Of a stretch of 64,000 nucleotides of DNA, positions 1 through 9,750 are shown piece after piece. The notes beneath the pieces are model-generated. The model was not told the DNA's origin, made no database searches, and worked only from the letters and a program-made list of their open reading frames with translations. The stretch's first letter is position 1, and the number at the start of each line of letters is the position of its first letter. The translations under genes were made by a program, and so were the position numbers. The stretch comes from Candidatus Gottesmanbacteria bacterium GW2011_GWC1_43_10 (GTDB lineage: Bacteria > Patescibacteriota > Microgenomatia > UBA10105). Location of the stretch: assembly GCA_000995415.1 (NCBI GenBank), contig LCEX01000003.1, positions 15,470 to 79,469 of the forward strand, read 5' to 3'.

Positions 1-591
1 TTACCTTGGATTATTCTGATTGGGATTTTGCCGTTTATCCCGGTGGTTTGGGTGAAGGGTTTTAAATGGACCTGGGATTATTTTTTTACCATCCCCAATT
101 GGTATGCATACACTTCGGTTTATACTTACAATCTCTGGGCGCCGTTTGGATTCATTGTGACTGACAATAGCAAATTTTTGGGACTTGTTCAATTTAAATA
201 CCTGGGAATTGTTCTGTTTTGGTTGGCAGCCGTTCTCATTTTGTATCCGCTACGAAAAAAGGCTAATCGTACGCCACTCATGTATATGTTTGCCGCTTTT
301 CTTCTGTGGTACGATTTTTCCTATTTTGCCACCCGGATTCACAGTCGCTATTTAATTTATAGTTTTGGTTTTTTTGCGCCGTTTTTTCGACGGTTTCCCG
401 GAATTGGGATACTCTTGAGTATCCTGATGATCGCCGACTTTTTGTTGCCCAACAAAAATCCGGCTCTGGTCTGGTTGGTGGATTGGTTGAACCAACCGAT
501 CACGATCGTGACGTTTGTGATTTATGCTGGCGGTCTATTTGTTTTGAGTTACCACGCGTATCAGAAATTAACCAAAATTACACATGCGTAA
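1..591 (+). CDS. Multi-pass membrane GT-C-type glycosyltransferase, 5'-truncated by window edge
   Basis: Frame is open from base 1; hydrophobic helices; 'TRIHSRY' resembles the HERY motif of GT-C/GT87-like enzymes; lies in a glycosylation locus. Confidence 0.6.
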   Translation, partial: LPWIILIGILPFIPVVWVKGFKWTWDYFFTIPNWYAYTSVYTYNLWAPFGFIVTDNSKFLGLVQFKYLGIVLFWLAAVLILYPLRKKANRTPLMYMFAAFLLWYDFSYFATRIHSRYLIYSFGFFAPFFRRFPGIGILLSILMIADFLLPNKNPALVWLVDWLNQPITIVTFVIYAGGLFVLSYHAYQKLTKITHA

Positions 592-1927
592 GATTTTCTT
601 CTTTTCTGGGATCGGCTTTTGGATAGGGTTTTCCCTTTTGCAAATCTTGATTTCCTTTAACCTCAAATTTACTGCATGGCCGGAGATGTTGGCTTATCCG
701 TACTTACTTAAAAATGGGTACCGGTTGTATACCGACATTATTAATCCTTACCCGCCGCTTCTACCGGTAATCTTGATGGAGTTGGGGCAATGGTGGGGAA
801 CAACGGTTGGGATGTTGAGGCTAGTGACACTATCAGTGATATTAATTTCCGACTTGAGTTTTTGGTGGTTGAGCCGAAAATATTTTACACGATTTGTGAG
901 TTTTATCTTGGTAGTTATTTTTAGTTGGTTACAATGGGTTTTTGATGCAAACGGTTTGTGGTTTGATCTGGTAGTAGTTCCATTTGCAATTTGGGCCTTT
1001 GCTTACTTTTACGAATTTAGAAAAGCGCAAAAAATCCGAAATATTTTAGCAGCAGCTTTATTATTAGGCCTGGGGTTTATCGTCAAACAGACGACGATTT
1101 GGTGGGTGGGACTAATCTTTTTGTATTTAATGTCACAAAAAAAATACCAAACGGGAATATTTTTTCTACTCGTCGTCTCTTTGCCTTATTTTGTTTTATT
1201 GTTATTTTTTCCGGTACGTCCACTTATTTTTTGGACGTTAACCTACCCGTTTTTCATTGCCAGCCGAATGCCTGGGTATGTATTATTACCTTCATTCAAA
1301 CAACTTGGGCTTTTAGTAATTTTACTTTTGCCCACAGTCTGGTTATTACGGAAGAAAGAAACGAGATTTTTGAGTTGGTGGACGCTTTCCGGGTTGGGAT
1401 TTGGGTATCCGAGGTTTGATTTTTTCCACCTGCAGGCAATGTTACCGTTTTTGATCCTAGGAGCAGGTTTGGTTTGTACTTCTTTAAAAAAAATGAGGTG
1501 GTTAGCGGTGATTTACATAATATTTATTTTAGGATTAACCATTAAATTTTTGAGCCACAACTGGCAGAAACCGGTCCGTTTTTTTGACAGGCAAACACAA
1601 GTAACGGCACGGAAACTTAGCCAAAAAATACCGGTAGAAGAAACAGTATTTTTCTACAACACTCCAGCCCAATATTTTGTTTTGGCAGACTTGTTGCCGT
1701 CTAAACCGTGGGCAGATACTTTTCCTTGGTATTTGGAAGTAGTGGGTATGCAAAAGACGATTAACAAAAGTTTAACTGCGGTTAATTACGTTGTGATCTC
1801 ACCCTCTATTCCGGGTGACAAATATGCGTTGGGTGCATATCAGCCGCAAGAAATCACGGCTTATGTAAATCAAAACTTTCAACTTCGAGACGAAGTCGAG
1901 GTAATCCAAATTCTAATGCGTAAATAA
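584..1927 (+). CDS. GT-C fold (ArnT/PMT-like) membrane glycosyltransferase
   Basis: 447 aa, many TM segments, 'LYTDIINPYPPL' and 'GFIVKQT' motifs, soluble C-terminal domain. Confidence 0.7.
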   Translation: MRKIFFFSGIGFWIGFSLLQILISFNLKFTAWPEMLAYPYLLKNGYRLYTDIINPYPPLLPVILMELGQWWGTTVGMLRLVTLSVILISDLSFWWLSRKYFTRFVSFILVVIFSWLQWVFDANGLWFDLVVVPFAIWAFAYFYEFRKAQKIRNILAAALLLGLGFIVKQTTIWWVGLIFLYLMSQKKYQTGIFFLLVVSLPYFVLLLFFPVRPLIFWTLTYPFFIASRMPGYVLLPSFKQLGLLVILLLPTVWLLRKKETRFLSWWTLSGLGFGYPRFDFFHLQAMLPFLILGAGLVCTSLKKMRWLAVIYIIFILGLTIKFLSHNWQKPVRFFDRQTQVTARKLSQKIPVEETVFFYNTPAQYFVLADLLPSKPWADTFPWYLEVVGMQKTINKSLTAVNYVVISPSIPGDKYALGAYQPQEITAYVNQNFQLRDEVEVIQILMRK

Positions 1928-1971
1928 GGCAGCATTCGTTAATAACATGATCTTTATTTCAATTGAAAATG

Positions 1972-2022
1972 CGGCACAAAGGGCCGTAATTCCGGTGAAC
2001 ACCGGAAACGAGCCCTTAGCCG
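1972..2022. repeat. Intergenic palindrome flanked by a 12-nt direct repeat
   Basis: CGGC-AAGGGC-CGT-TTCCGGTG/CACCGGAA-ACG-GCCCTT-GCCG; TTAATAAC(A/G)TGA at 1939-1950 and 2037-2048. Confidence 0.6.
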
Positions 2023-2044
2023 ACAGTGTATACTTATTAATAAC

Positions 2045-3109
2045 GTGAAAATAGCCTGGTTATCTTTTTATAGCGGTAAAATTGATCGAGGAGTAGAGGT
2101 AGCTACCGCAGCTCTCGCCACACGCCTTTCACAAAAACATGAAGTGAGCGTGTTTCAAGCTGGATCAGCGGCAATTCCCGGCGTAAATACGATTCAGTTA
2201 CCGGTCGAAACCAAGTGGCCGTCTGATACGAGTCAGAGCTGGTGGCGGTTTTTTTACCTGGATTATTACAGCCGAAAAATAAGCAAATTCACGCTCAAAT
2301 TTTTGCCATTTTTGTTTAAGTATCAATACGACGTAGTCATTCCCACAAATGGCGGATGGCAGATAGTGATACTCCGGCTCATCACCTGGTTATTGAAAAA
2401 GAAATTAGTAGTAGCTGGTAATGCTGGGATTGGAAGAGATGACGCGTGGCAACTTTTATGGAGACCAGATCATTATATTGCTATTTCTCCCCAAGGGTAT
2501 GAGTGGGCAACAAGGAAATCGTCACAAGTAGCCATCACGTATATACCTTATGGAGTTGACATGGAGAAAATTGCAAAAGCCAAGCCGCAACTCATAAGTT
2601 TGACCAAGCCAATAGTTTTATGTGTGGCGGCTTTTATTCCTTTAAAACGGATTGATTTACTTATCCGTGCCATGGAAAAAGTACCAGAGGCAAGTTTGCT
2701 GGTGATTGGTAATGGACCGGAAGAGCAAAGTTTACGTAAACTTGGCGAAAAGCTATTGGGCAAACGATTTTTACTTCTAACCAATATCCGTCACGAGGAA
2801 CTGATAAGTTATTATAAAGCTGCTGCCCTATTTTCCTTGCCGAGCAAATCAAGTGAAGCATTTGGAATTGTTTATGTGGAGGCTTTGGCAGCTGGATTAC
2901 CGGTAGTTGCTACCCGAGACAAAAATAGAACGGCAATTATTGATGGAGCTGGAATTTTGGTTGAACCTGAAGATATCACCGCTTACGCCGAGGCCATCAA
3001 GCAAGCGCTTAAAAGCGACCTAAAAGAACAGGCCCAAACTCAAGCCCGGAAGTATAGTTGGGATGGGATCACCAAACAATACGCTCAGCTTTTACAAAAA
3101 TTGATTTAA
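2045..3109 (+). CDS. Glycosyltransferase family 4 (GT-B)
   Basis: 'KRIDLLIRA' and 'SEAFGIVYVEALAAGLPVV' (ExFG...E motif); GTG start. Confidence 0.9.
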   Translation: MKIAWLSFYSGKIDRGVEVATAALATRLSQKHEVSVFQAGSAAIPGVNTIQLPVETKWPSDTSQSWWRFFYLDYYSRKISKFTLKFLPFLFKYQYDVVIPTNGGWQIVILRLITWLLKKKLVVAGNAGIGRDDAWQLLWRPDHYIAISPQGYEWATRKSSQVAITYIPYGVDMEKIAKAKPQLISLTKPIVLCVAAFIPLKRIDLLIRAMEKVPEASLLVIGNGPEEQSLRKLGEKLLGKRFLLLTNIRHEELISYYKAAALFSLPSKSSEAFGIVYVEALAAGLPVVATRDKNRTAIIDGAGILVEPEDITAYAEAIKQALKSDLKEQAQTQARKYSWDGITKQYAQLLQKLI

Positions 3110-3134
3110 TCAATTATGTTACACAAACCACTTT

Positions 3135-3201
3135 GTCATTCCCATGAAAATGGGAATCTATACAATAAAAACCATGAGATTCCCGCTTGCGCGGGAATGA
3201 C
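3135..3201. repeat. GTCAT...ATGAC REP-like palindrome dimer
   Basis: GTCATTCCCATGAAAATGGGAATC...GATTCCCGCTTGCGCGGGAATGAC; spacer and right half nearly identical to 33848-33917. Confidence 0.85.
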
Positions 3202-3224
3202 GAGGTGTAATGTGAGTTAATCAT

Positions 3225-4064
3225 ATGAATCTATCTGTGATTATTCCGATTTATAACGAGGAAAAAACTATTACCGCATGTCTGACTTCATTAGCACAAC
3301 AAACTGTGCCTTTTGAACTTATAGTGGTCGACGATGGATCCACCGACAAAACACTAAGCGTTTTGTCGAAATTTCAAATTTCAAATTTCAAATTTCAAAT
3401 TATCCAAGAAAAGCATCAGGGGCCTGGGGCAGCTCGAAACTTGGGTGCAAAAAATGCTCATGGAGACATCTTGGTTTTTGTGGATAGCGATATGACTTTT
3501 GCCCACGATTTTTTGGAAAAGCTGACAAAACCAATTGAAAAAGGGGAGACAAGAGGAACTTTTACAAAAGCGGAATTTGTGAGCAATTGGGACAATATCT
3601 GGGCTAGGTGTTGGAATCATAACCAGAACATACATAGCGATCGACGGATTCCGCCAGACTATCCAGAAACAGCGCCAGTGTTTCGAGCAATACTAAGCAG
3701 TGAATTTGCTCGTGTGGGTGGGTTTACGACTGGCGTTGGTTGGACTGATGATTGGACTTTGTCGCGTAAACTCAAGTACCAATCAACTGCCACATTTGCC
3801 AAGTGTTATCACGCAAATCCGAGTACGTTATATGAAGTTTTTACACAAGCCAAGTGGGTGGGAAAAAACGAGTTTCTGACAAAGTCGCCAAAGTGGATAG
3901 TTTTCAACTTCTTGCGCTATTCAATATTTTTTTCCTGCATTTACGGCTTGTTCGGAGTGGTGGCTTACGGCATGCTGGAATATCTGGTTTTCAAATTTGT
4001 TTATGATCTGGGGATAGTCGCGGGATTGACCGAATCAATTTTAGGTCAACATAAGAACAAATGA
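3225..4064 (+). CDS. Glycosyltransferase family 2
   Basis: 'SVIIPIYNEE', 'VVDDGSTD', 'ARNLG', 'FVDSD' motifs. Confidence 0.92.
   Translation: MNLSVIIPIYNEEKTITACLTSLAQQTVPFELIVVDDGSTDKTLSVLSKFQISNFKFQIIQEKHQGPGAARNLGAKNAHGDILVFVDSDMTFAHDFLEKLTKPIEKGETRGTFTKAEFVSNWDNIWARCWNHNQNIHSDRRIPPDYPETAPVFRAILSSEFARVGGFTTGVGWTDDWTLSRKLKYQSTATFAKCYHANPSTLYEVFTQAKWVGKNEFLTKSPKWIVFNFLRYSIFFSCIYGLFGVVAYGMLEYLVFKFVYDLGIVAGLTESILGQHKNK
3369..3401 (+). repeat. Heptamer tandem repeat (AAATTTC)x4.7 inside the GT2 gene
   Basis: Read directly; encodes KFQISNFKFQI. Confidence 0.9.
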
Positions 4065-5251
4065 AGCTAAAAAATCTATCCGTAATTTATTATTTAAGTT
4101 TATTTGCGATCATCGCGTTAGGTTTTTTAAATCCCACAAATCGTTTAGACTTAATGCTAGAAATCATGCTTGTCGGTTACATCCTATGGATAATCAAAAA
4201 GGGTAAAGATTTGACCAACAAATTTTTTTTCAAGCCGTTTTCCGTTACCGCTTGTTTGTCTATACCGTTTATTTTAGTTTTTTTGGTGACGAGTTGGCGA
4301 AACTCACTCGAACTGAGGACTTATCTAATCCACGAACCTGTGAGCGAAACTTACCGTTCTGATTTAGACGATTTTCTCAAAACCTACTATTTGATGCAAA
4401 GAGGTCAGGAATATTATTTAAGTTTTTCCCAGGCGGTGACAGAAAATGCATTTAAGGGATACGTCGCCCAAAACCTGTGGGCTTGGAGAATGCCCACAGT
4501 TTTTTATTTTTGGAAAATGATTCCGGGTCCGGCGGGGATCTCAATTTATGTAGCCTTTTTGCTCCTAGCTGCTTTGGCTTTGCATGCGGTTTATCGGATT
4601 TTAGCCAGATTATTGCCCGAGACGCAACGGCACCTGGGAATACTCGCACCGTATATGCTCTATCCATATTTACATTTTGCTGCCCGGGATAAGGTGCTAT
4701 TGCATACTGAATGGTGGGCGGTATTTTTTATGCTATTTGCTATTTATGGGTATGTGTCTAAAAAACCGGTACTATTTATGGGATGCTTGTTGATAGCTTT
4801 ACTTATGCGCGAGTTGTTTATTATCCCGGTTGGTTTGGCGGGTATTTGGTTTTGGCTCAAAAAAGACAAGACAGCTGTTAGGATATTAATCACAATTGGT
4901 GGGTTTGGACTATTTTTTGTGTTACATAGCTTGATTGTAAAAAGACTCATGTTTTCCACGGCGACGTTTGCGAGTCCACGGGTGCACGTGTTGGGAAAAG
5001 ATATAATTCTCTCAACCTTGGCGTTTGGCGCCTGGGAATACTTTTTCTTCCGCATCCGGATTTTTTTGGTGTTTTATGTACTGGCCGTATTCGGATTAGT
5101 CAGGCATTTGCACCGGAGTTACGGGTTTTTACTTTGTTTTGTCCTGATGCCGGTGAGTTTTTTGATTTTAGGCTCCAGCATTTATAATGATTACTGGGGG
5201 ATTTTTTATTTACCGTTTGTCTTGATCAGTGTACCTTTGATATTGGTTTAA
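4061..5251 (+). CDS. Multi-pass membrane protein, probable GT-C glycosyltransferase
   Basis: 396 aa, about 10 TM segments, 'WRMP' and 'LMRE' motifs, locus context. Confidence 0.5.
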   Translation: MKLKNLSVIYYLSLFAIIALGFLNPTNRLDLMLEIMLVGYILWIIKKGKDLTNKFFFKPFSVTACLSIPFILVFLVTSWRNSLELRTYLIHEPVSETYRSDLDDFLKTYYLMQRGQEYYLSFSQAVTENAFKGYVAQNLWAWRMPTVFYFWKMIPGPAGISIYVAFLLLAALALHAVYRILARLLPETQRHLGILAPYMLYPYLHFAARDKVLLHTEWWAVFFMLFAIYGYVSKKPVLFMGCLLIALLMRELFIIPVGLAGIWFWLKKDKTAVRILITIGGFGLFFVLHSLIVKRLMFSTATFASPRVHVLGKDIILSTLAFGAWEYFFFRIRIFLVFYVLAVFGLVRHLHRSYGFLLCFVLMPVSFLILGSSIYNDYWGIFYLPFVLISVPLILV

Positions 5252-5254
5252 CTT

Positions 5255-6652
5255 ATGTTGATATTTTTGATATTGGTTTTAAGTTTGGGTTTGAGGCTGA
5301 CAGGACTCAACCAGTCATTTTGGCTGGATGAAGCGGCACAGCTCATCGAATCAACAAGGCCGCTGTCAGAGCAATTTAAAATTGCCGGCGATTTCCAGCC
5401 ACCACTATTTCATGTTTTACTCCATTTTTGGTTATGGTTTGGTAAAAGTGAAATCTGGGTCAGACTGTTGCCGCTCGTTTTAGGGCTCATTTCCATTTAC
5501 CTTCTTTATTTGATTGCCCAGAAACTGGTAAATCAGCGCGTAGCCTTGATAAGTTCATTATTGCTGGCGATCTCTCCTTTTCATATTTGGTATAGCCAGG
5601 AAGTGCGGCCGTATATGTTGGCAGTGGTTTTGGGATCAGCTGCGACATATTTTTTGCTCAAACGAAACTGGGTAAAATATACGGTTGCAGCAATTCTACT
5701 CATCTATAGCATGTATTTGACGCCATTTTTGGTGTTGACACACGGCGTGTATGTCTGGATCTGGCAGCGAGAACAGTTTAAACGCTGGTTAATCAGTTTG
5801 TTGGTTATTAGCCTAAGTTTTATTCCTTGGATACCGAGTTTTTGGCAACAGTTGGGGATAGGCAGTAGTTTGCGCTTCACGCTACCCGGCTGGAGTGAGG
5901 CGGTAAGCACCCCAATCTACAAAAGCCTACCGTTGATTTTTGCCAAATTTACCTTGGGACGGATCACGTTTGCCAATAAATGGTTTTACGGAGGACTAGT
6001 AAGTGGATTATTTATTTTTTTTGGGATTTTATTTGCAGGCGGATACAAAAAATTCAAATCCGAGATTAGTCAAGTAGGCTTACTTGGTGTTTTGCCTATT
6101 CTTTTGGCATTTGGAGCCGCTTTTTTTCTGCCAATTTTGGCGCCGCAGCGGGTACTTTTCAGTTTGCCGTTTTTTTATGTTTTGTGGAGCATTGGGTTAG
6201 TCAGTCGCCCACGACTCAAACAGGTCGGATTAACTATACTGATCGGAGTAAGTCTATATAGTTGGTATTTATACCATAGCCGACCGGAATTCCAACGCGA
6301 ACAATGGCGGCAAGCCGTGAGTTACGTCGAAAACAACCGGACAGCCAAAAGTAAAGTGATATTTGTGTTTCCCGATGCGTTTGCACCTTGGCAATGGTAT
6401 AGTCATGGACTAGTTGAAAATATTGCTGTCGCGCCCACTTTTACGGTCAAAGAGACAGAGTTAAGCCAGTTTACTTCGAGTTTGGTGACGTCTGATCGGT
6501 TGTTCTATTTTCATTATCTGACTGACCTAACTGATCCCAGCCATAGGAGCGAAAATTACCTGGTGAATTTGGGATTTTTTGAGACTCAAAAAATAGATTT
6601 TCCGGGAGTGGGATTTATCTCAATTTATGAAAAAATTATGGCATGGCGTTGA
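5255..6652 (+). CDS. PMT/ArnT-like (GT39/GT83-type) glycosyltransferase
   Basis: 'SFWLDEA', 'DFQPPLF', 'SPFHIWYSQEVRPY' are typical PMT_2 motifs. Confidence 0.85.
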   Translation: MLIFLILVLSLGLRLTGLNQSFWLDEAAQLIESTRPLSEQFKIAGDFQPPLFHVLLHFWLWFGKSEIWVRLLPLVLGLISIYLLYLIAQKLVNQRVALISSLLLAISPFHIWYSQEVRPYMLAVVLGSAATYFLLKRNWVKYTVAAILLIYSMYLTPFLVLTHGVYVWIWQREQFKRWLISLLVISLSFIPWIPSFWQQLGIGSSLRFTLPGWSEAVSTPIYKSLPLIFAKFTLGRITFANKWFYGGLVSGLFIFFGILFAGGYKKFKSEISQVGLLGVLPILLAFGAAFFLPILAPQRVLFSLPFFYVLWSIGLVSRPRLKQVGLTILIGVSLYSWYLYHSRPEFQREQWRQAVSYVENNRTAKSKVIFVFPDAFAPWQWYSHGLVENIAVAPTFTVKETELSQFTSSLVTSDRLFYFHYLTDLTDPSHRSENYLVNLGFFETQKIDFPGVGFISIYEKIMAWR

Positions 6653-7364
6653 AAAAATCCTGGGGATTTACCGCTGGCATCCCAAAATCGCCTTACGCTA
6701 CTTACCGGTTGTTGAAAAAATCAAAGCTTTGGGTAGTACAAGTTCTATCGTGGAAGTGGGATCCGGAGGCTTGGGGATCGCGCCGTATCTTAAACGTCAG
6801 GTGGTGGGAGTAGATTTATCATTTCCGCCGCCGCTGCATCCGTTGCTTACGCCGGTATTGGGTTCGGCTACAGATTTACCGTTTGCAGCTAGGGCGTTTG
6901 ACATAGTAGTGTCACTGGATATGATCGAGCACATCCCGCCGAAACTTCGGGAACGTGGGATATTCGAAATGTTGCGTGTGGGCAAAACACTGGTGTGTTT
7001 GGGCATGCCGTGCGGTCGAGAGGCCCAACTGCAGGATAAACAATTGGAACAGGAATATAAAATTAAACGCGGGGAAGGATTTGATTTTCTTTCTGAGCAC
7101 CTTGAATATGGTTTGCCAACCAAGCAGGAGATTTTATCAGCAATTGAAGGTAGCGCGCGTAAGCTAAACTTGCAAATAGAAGTAGAAACAATAGGGAACC
7201 TAAACTTGAGTTGGCGATTATGGTTGATGCGTGGATGGCTTGCCCAAAATTTCCTGGTTAACTTATTTTTCCGCAAATTTTTATTGCTCGGTATTCCCGC
7301 GTTTCGGCGATTAAATCAACCGCCTACCTATCGACAACTGTTTTTTGTTAAAATACAGAGATGA
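6627..7364 (+). CDS. Class I SAM-dependent methyltransferase
   Basis: 'VEVGSGGLG', 'LPF...FDIVVSLDMIEHI', 'EMLRV'. Confidence 0.85.
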   Translation: MKKLWHGVEKILGIYRWHPKIALRYLPVVEKIKALGSTSSIVEVGSGGLGIAPYLKRQVVGVDLSFPPPLHPLLTPVLGSATDLPFAARAFDIVVSLDMIEHIPPKLRERGIFEMLRVGKTLVCLGMPCGREAQLQDKQLEQEYKIKRGEGFDFLSEHLEYGLPTKQEILSAIEGSARKLNLQIEVETIGNLNLSWRLWLMRGWLAQNFLVNLFFRKFLLLGIPAFRRLNQPPTYRQLFFVKIQR

Positions 7365-8641
7365 TCAAAAAAATCTTCAGGTCGGCAGTAAATTTGGGTT
7401 TGTCAAAAACTGCAAGAAGCGTGTATTGGGTATTTACGGGGAATGTGTTTTCCATTATTCTCACCTTTTTTACCACGATTCTGATTGCTAACCACGTGAC
7501 TAAAGCAGAAAACGGCATATTTTTAGCTCTCTTTACTTTGGCTAATTTATTATCCGATTTGGGTGAAGCTGGTTTAGGATCGGCTTTGTCCAGTTTCATC
7601 CCGCGGTTGGAATTAGAACAGAAGTCGAATGATGCCAGAGCATATTTGGGCGCTGCTTTTCGTCTTGAGTTGGGGATCGGGATTTTTTTACTGATCACTA
7701 CCACATTATTCGCCGGAAATTTATCGCACATCTTATTTGCTGATACTTCTCCAACCAACGTAGTGATCACTAGCGGCTTAACCCTGATATTGGTTTTATT
7801 TGGGTTTTCGACTTTTGCCCTTTCGGCCTACAAAAAGTTCCGTGAGGTAGCTTTAATGAATATTTTTTACAGTCTGGTTCGCCTGGGGATGCTAGTGGCG
7901 GCAGTTTTTTTGACTAAGCTGTCTTTATTTTTGATTTTGGCTATTTATTTATTGGCGTCTTTACTCGGATGGATATATTCATTGTATTTTTTGGGGACGA
8001 AATTTATTATGACTTCTGGAAACCGGGTGCAAGTAAAAAAACTTTTAGGTTTTTCGAGTTTCCTAGGTATACAGCGGATATTCATTTCTGTTTCCAGCCG
8101 TTTGGATCTACTTATGTTGGTGCCACTCGCTGGAGCAGTTCAGGCAGGGGTATATGGAATCGCTTCCAGATTTGCTTTAGTTTACCCTTTGGTCATCGGT
8201 AGCCTGGGACAAGTTTTAGCACCCAAATTTGCCGAATTTGCCAAAGGCCGTCATGCCTTGGATTTTTTCCGGAAGGTCGGTTTACTCATCGGACTTTTAC
8301 TTGTGTCATTAATCATCTTTTACATTTTTGCCCAACCGCTGATGCTTATGCTTGTACCAAAATATGCTGATGCGATACCGGTATTTAAAGGACTGTTGAT
8401 TGCCATGACGGGATTTATTGCGGCCACGCCTTTTGTCTCATTTTTGATTTATACTCTAAAAAAACCGCAAGTCATGACATTTGTCTCCGCCGTACAATTA
8501 ATTATTATATTTTTGTCTAATTTATATTTTATCCCCAAACTGGGGCGCTTTGGGCCGGCGATCGGGATCGGTTTGGGAAATTTGGCAGTACTAGTGATTT
8601 CTGTTGGTGCTACCTGGTATTATTTAAAGAAGGAAATATGA
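7361..8641 (+). CDS. Wzx-like oligosaccharide flippase (MOP/PST family)
   Basis: About 12 TM segments, 'RLDLLML...AGVYGIASR', 'LAPKF'. Confidence 0.85.
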   Translation: MIKKIFRSAVNLGLSKTARSVYWVFTGNVFSIILTFFTTILIANHVTKAENGIFLALFTLANLLSDLGEAGLGSALSSFIPRLELEQKSNDARAYLGAAFRLELGIGIFLLITTTLFAGNLSHILFADTSPTNVVITSGLTLILVLFGFSTFALSAYKKFREVALMNIFYSLVRLGMLVAAVFLTKLSLFLILAIYLLASLLGWIYSLYFLGTKFIMTSGNRVQVKKLLGFSSFLGIQRIFISVSSRLDLLMLVPLAGAVQAGVYGIASRFALVYPLVIGSLGQVLAPKFAEFAKGRHALDFFRKVGLLIGLLLVSLIIFYIFAQPLMLMLVPKYADAIPVFKGLLIAMTGFIAATPFVSFLIYTLKKPQVMTFVSAVQLIIIFLSNLYFIPKLGRFGPAIGIGLGNLAVLVISVGATWYYLKKEI

Positions 8642-9747
8642 AGATTGGGATAGATATTTCACAAAGTGTGTATGTAGGGACAGGTGTTTCGGTATACACT
8701 CAAAATTTAGTTCGCAACCTATTGAAAATAGATCAGGTTAACCAATATGTCTTGTTTGGGTCGACTTTGCGTCGGCAAGCGTATTTATATGATTTTCTCA
8801 ATACTTTACCCAAAAAATCTTCGTTTACTAGCAAAATTTATTCTTTGCCCCCGACAGCACTGGATATCATCTGGAACAAATTACATGCGCTTTCGATTGA
8901 CCATTTTCTAGGAACCACCGACGTGGTTCATACCTCGGATTGGACTGAGCCGCCGTCCAAAGCCCACAAAGTGACTACTATCCATGACTTGATCGTTTAT
9001 AAATATCCAGAAAACTTACCTAAACGGATCGTTGAAACACAAAAACAAAAGCTCGCTTGGGTGAAGAAAGAAACAGATTTGGTGATTGCCGTCTCGACAA
9101 GGACCAAAGAAGACATCATCCAATACCTGCAAATTCCTCAAGCCAAAATCCATGTAGTATATCAGGGGATTGATGAAAGCTATTTTCCCCAAAAAATCGA
9201 TAGTATTTTAAGTGTCAAGAAAAAATATCACATTAAAGGTAGATACGTCTTGTGTGTGGGGACGCGTGAACCGCGCAAAAACCTGGCTCGGGTAGTTAAA
9301 GCTTTCTCACAGTTGAAACTAGACAGTTATACGCTTGTGATCGCCGGAAACCCAGGTTGGGGAAAAGAAGTAGTAATTGGTAAGAACATGTTGATGACAG
9401 GTTATGTCGAGGCAAAAGATTTGCCCGCTTTATATAGTGGAACCAGCGGATTTGTTTATCCATCGCTTTATGAGGGTTTTGGTATGCCCATCCTTGAGGC
9501 GATGGCTTGTGGAGCACCGGTAGTTACGTCCAATCGCGGCAGCTTAGCCGAAATTTCCGGGTCAAGTGTTGTTGTCGTTGACCCTGAAGAAATTGACGAT
9601 ATTGCGGCTGGGATTTCAAAAATGATTAACCTGTCACCTCCGGAAAGACGCAAAGTAGTGGCTCAAGGCCTAAAGCATGCGGGTAAATTTACCTGGAAAA
9701 AAACTGCCGAACAAACACTGGCGGTGTACAGGGAAGTCATGAGGTAA
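8638..9747 (+). CDS. Glycosyltransferase family 4 (MtfB-like mannosyltransferase group)
   Basis: 'MKIGID', 'TIHDL', 'EPRKN', 'YPSLYEGFGMPILEAMACG'. Confidence 0.92.
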   Translation: MKIGIDISQSVYVGTGVSVYTQNLVRNLLKIDQVNQYVLFGSTLRRQAYLYDFLNTLPKKSSFTSKIYSLPPTALDIIWNKLHALSIDHFLGTTDVVHTSDWTEPPSKAHKVTTIHDLIVYKYPENLPKRIVETQKQKLAWVKKETDLVIAVSTRTKEDIIQYLQIPQAKIHVVYQGIDESYFPQKIDSILSVKKKYHIKGRYVLCVGTREPRKNLARVVKAFSQLKLDSYTLVIAGNPGWGKEVVIGKNMLMTGYVEAKDLPALYSGTSGFVYPSLYEGFGMPILEAMACGAPVVTSNRGSLAEISGSSVVVVDPEEIDDIAAGISKMINLSPPERRKVVAQGLKHAGKFTWKKTAEQTLAVYREVMR

Positions 9748-9750
9748 GAT

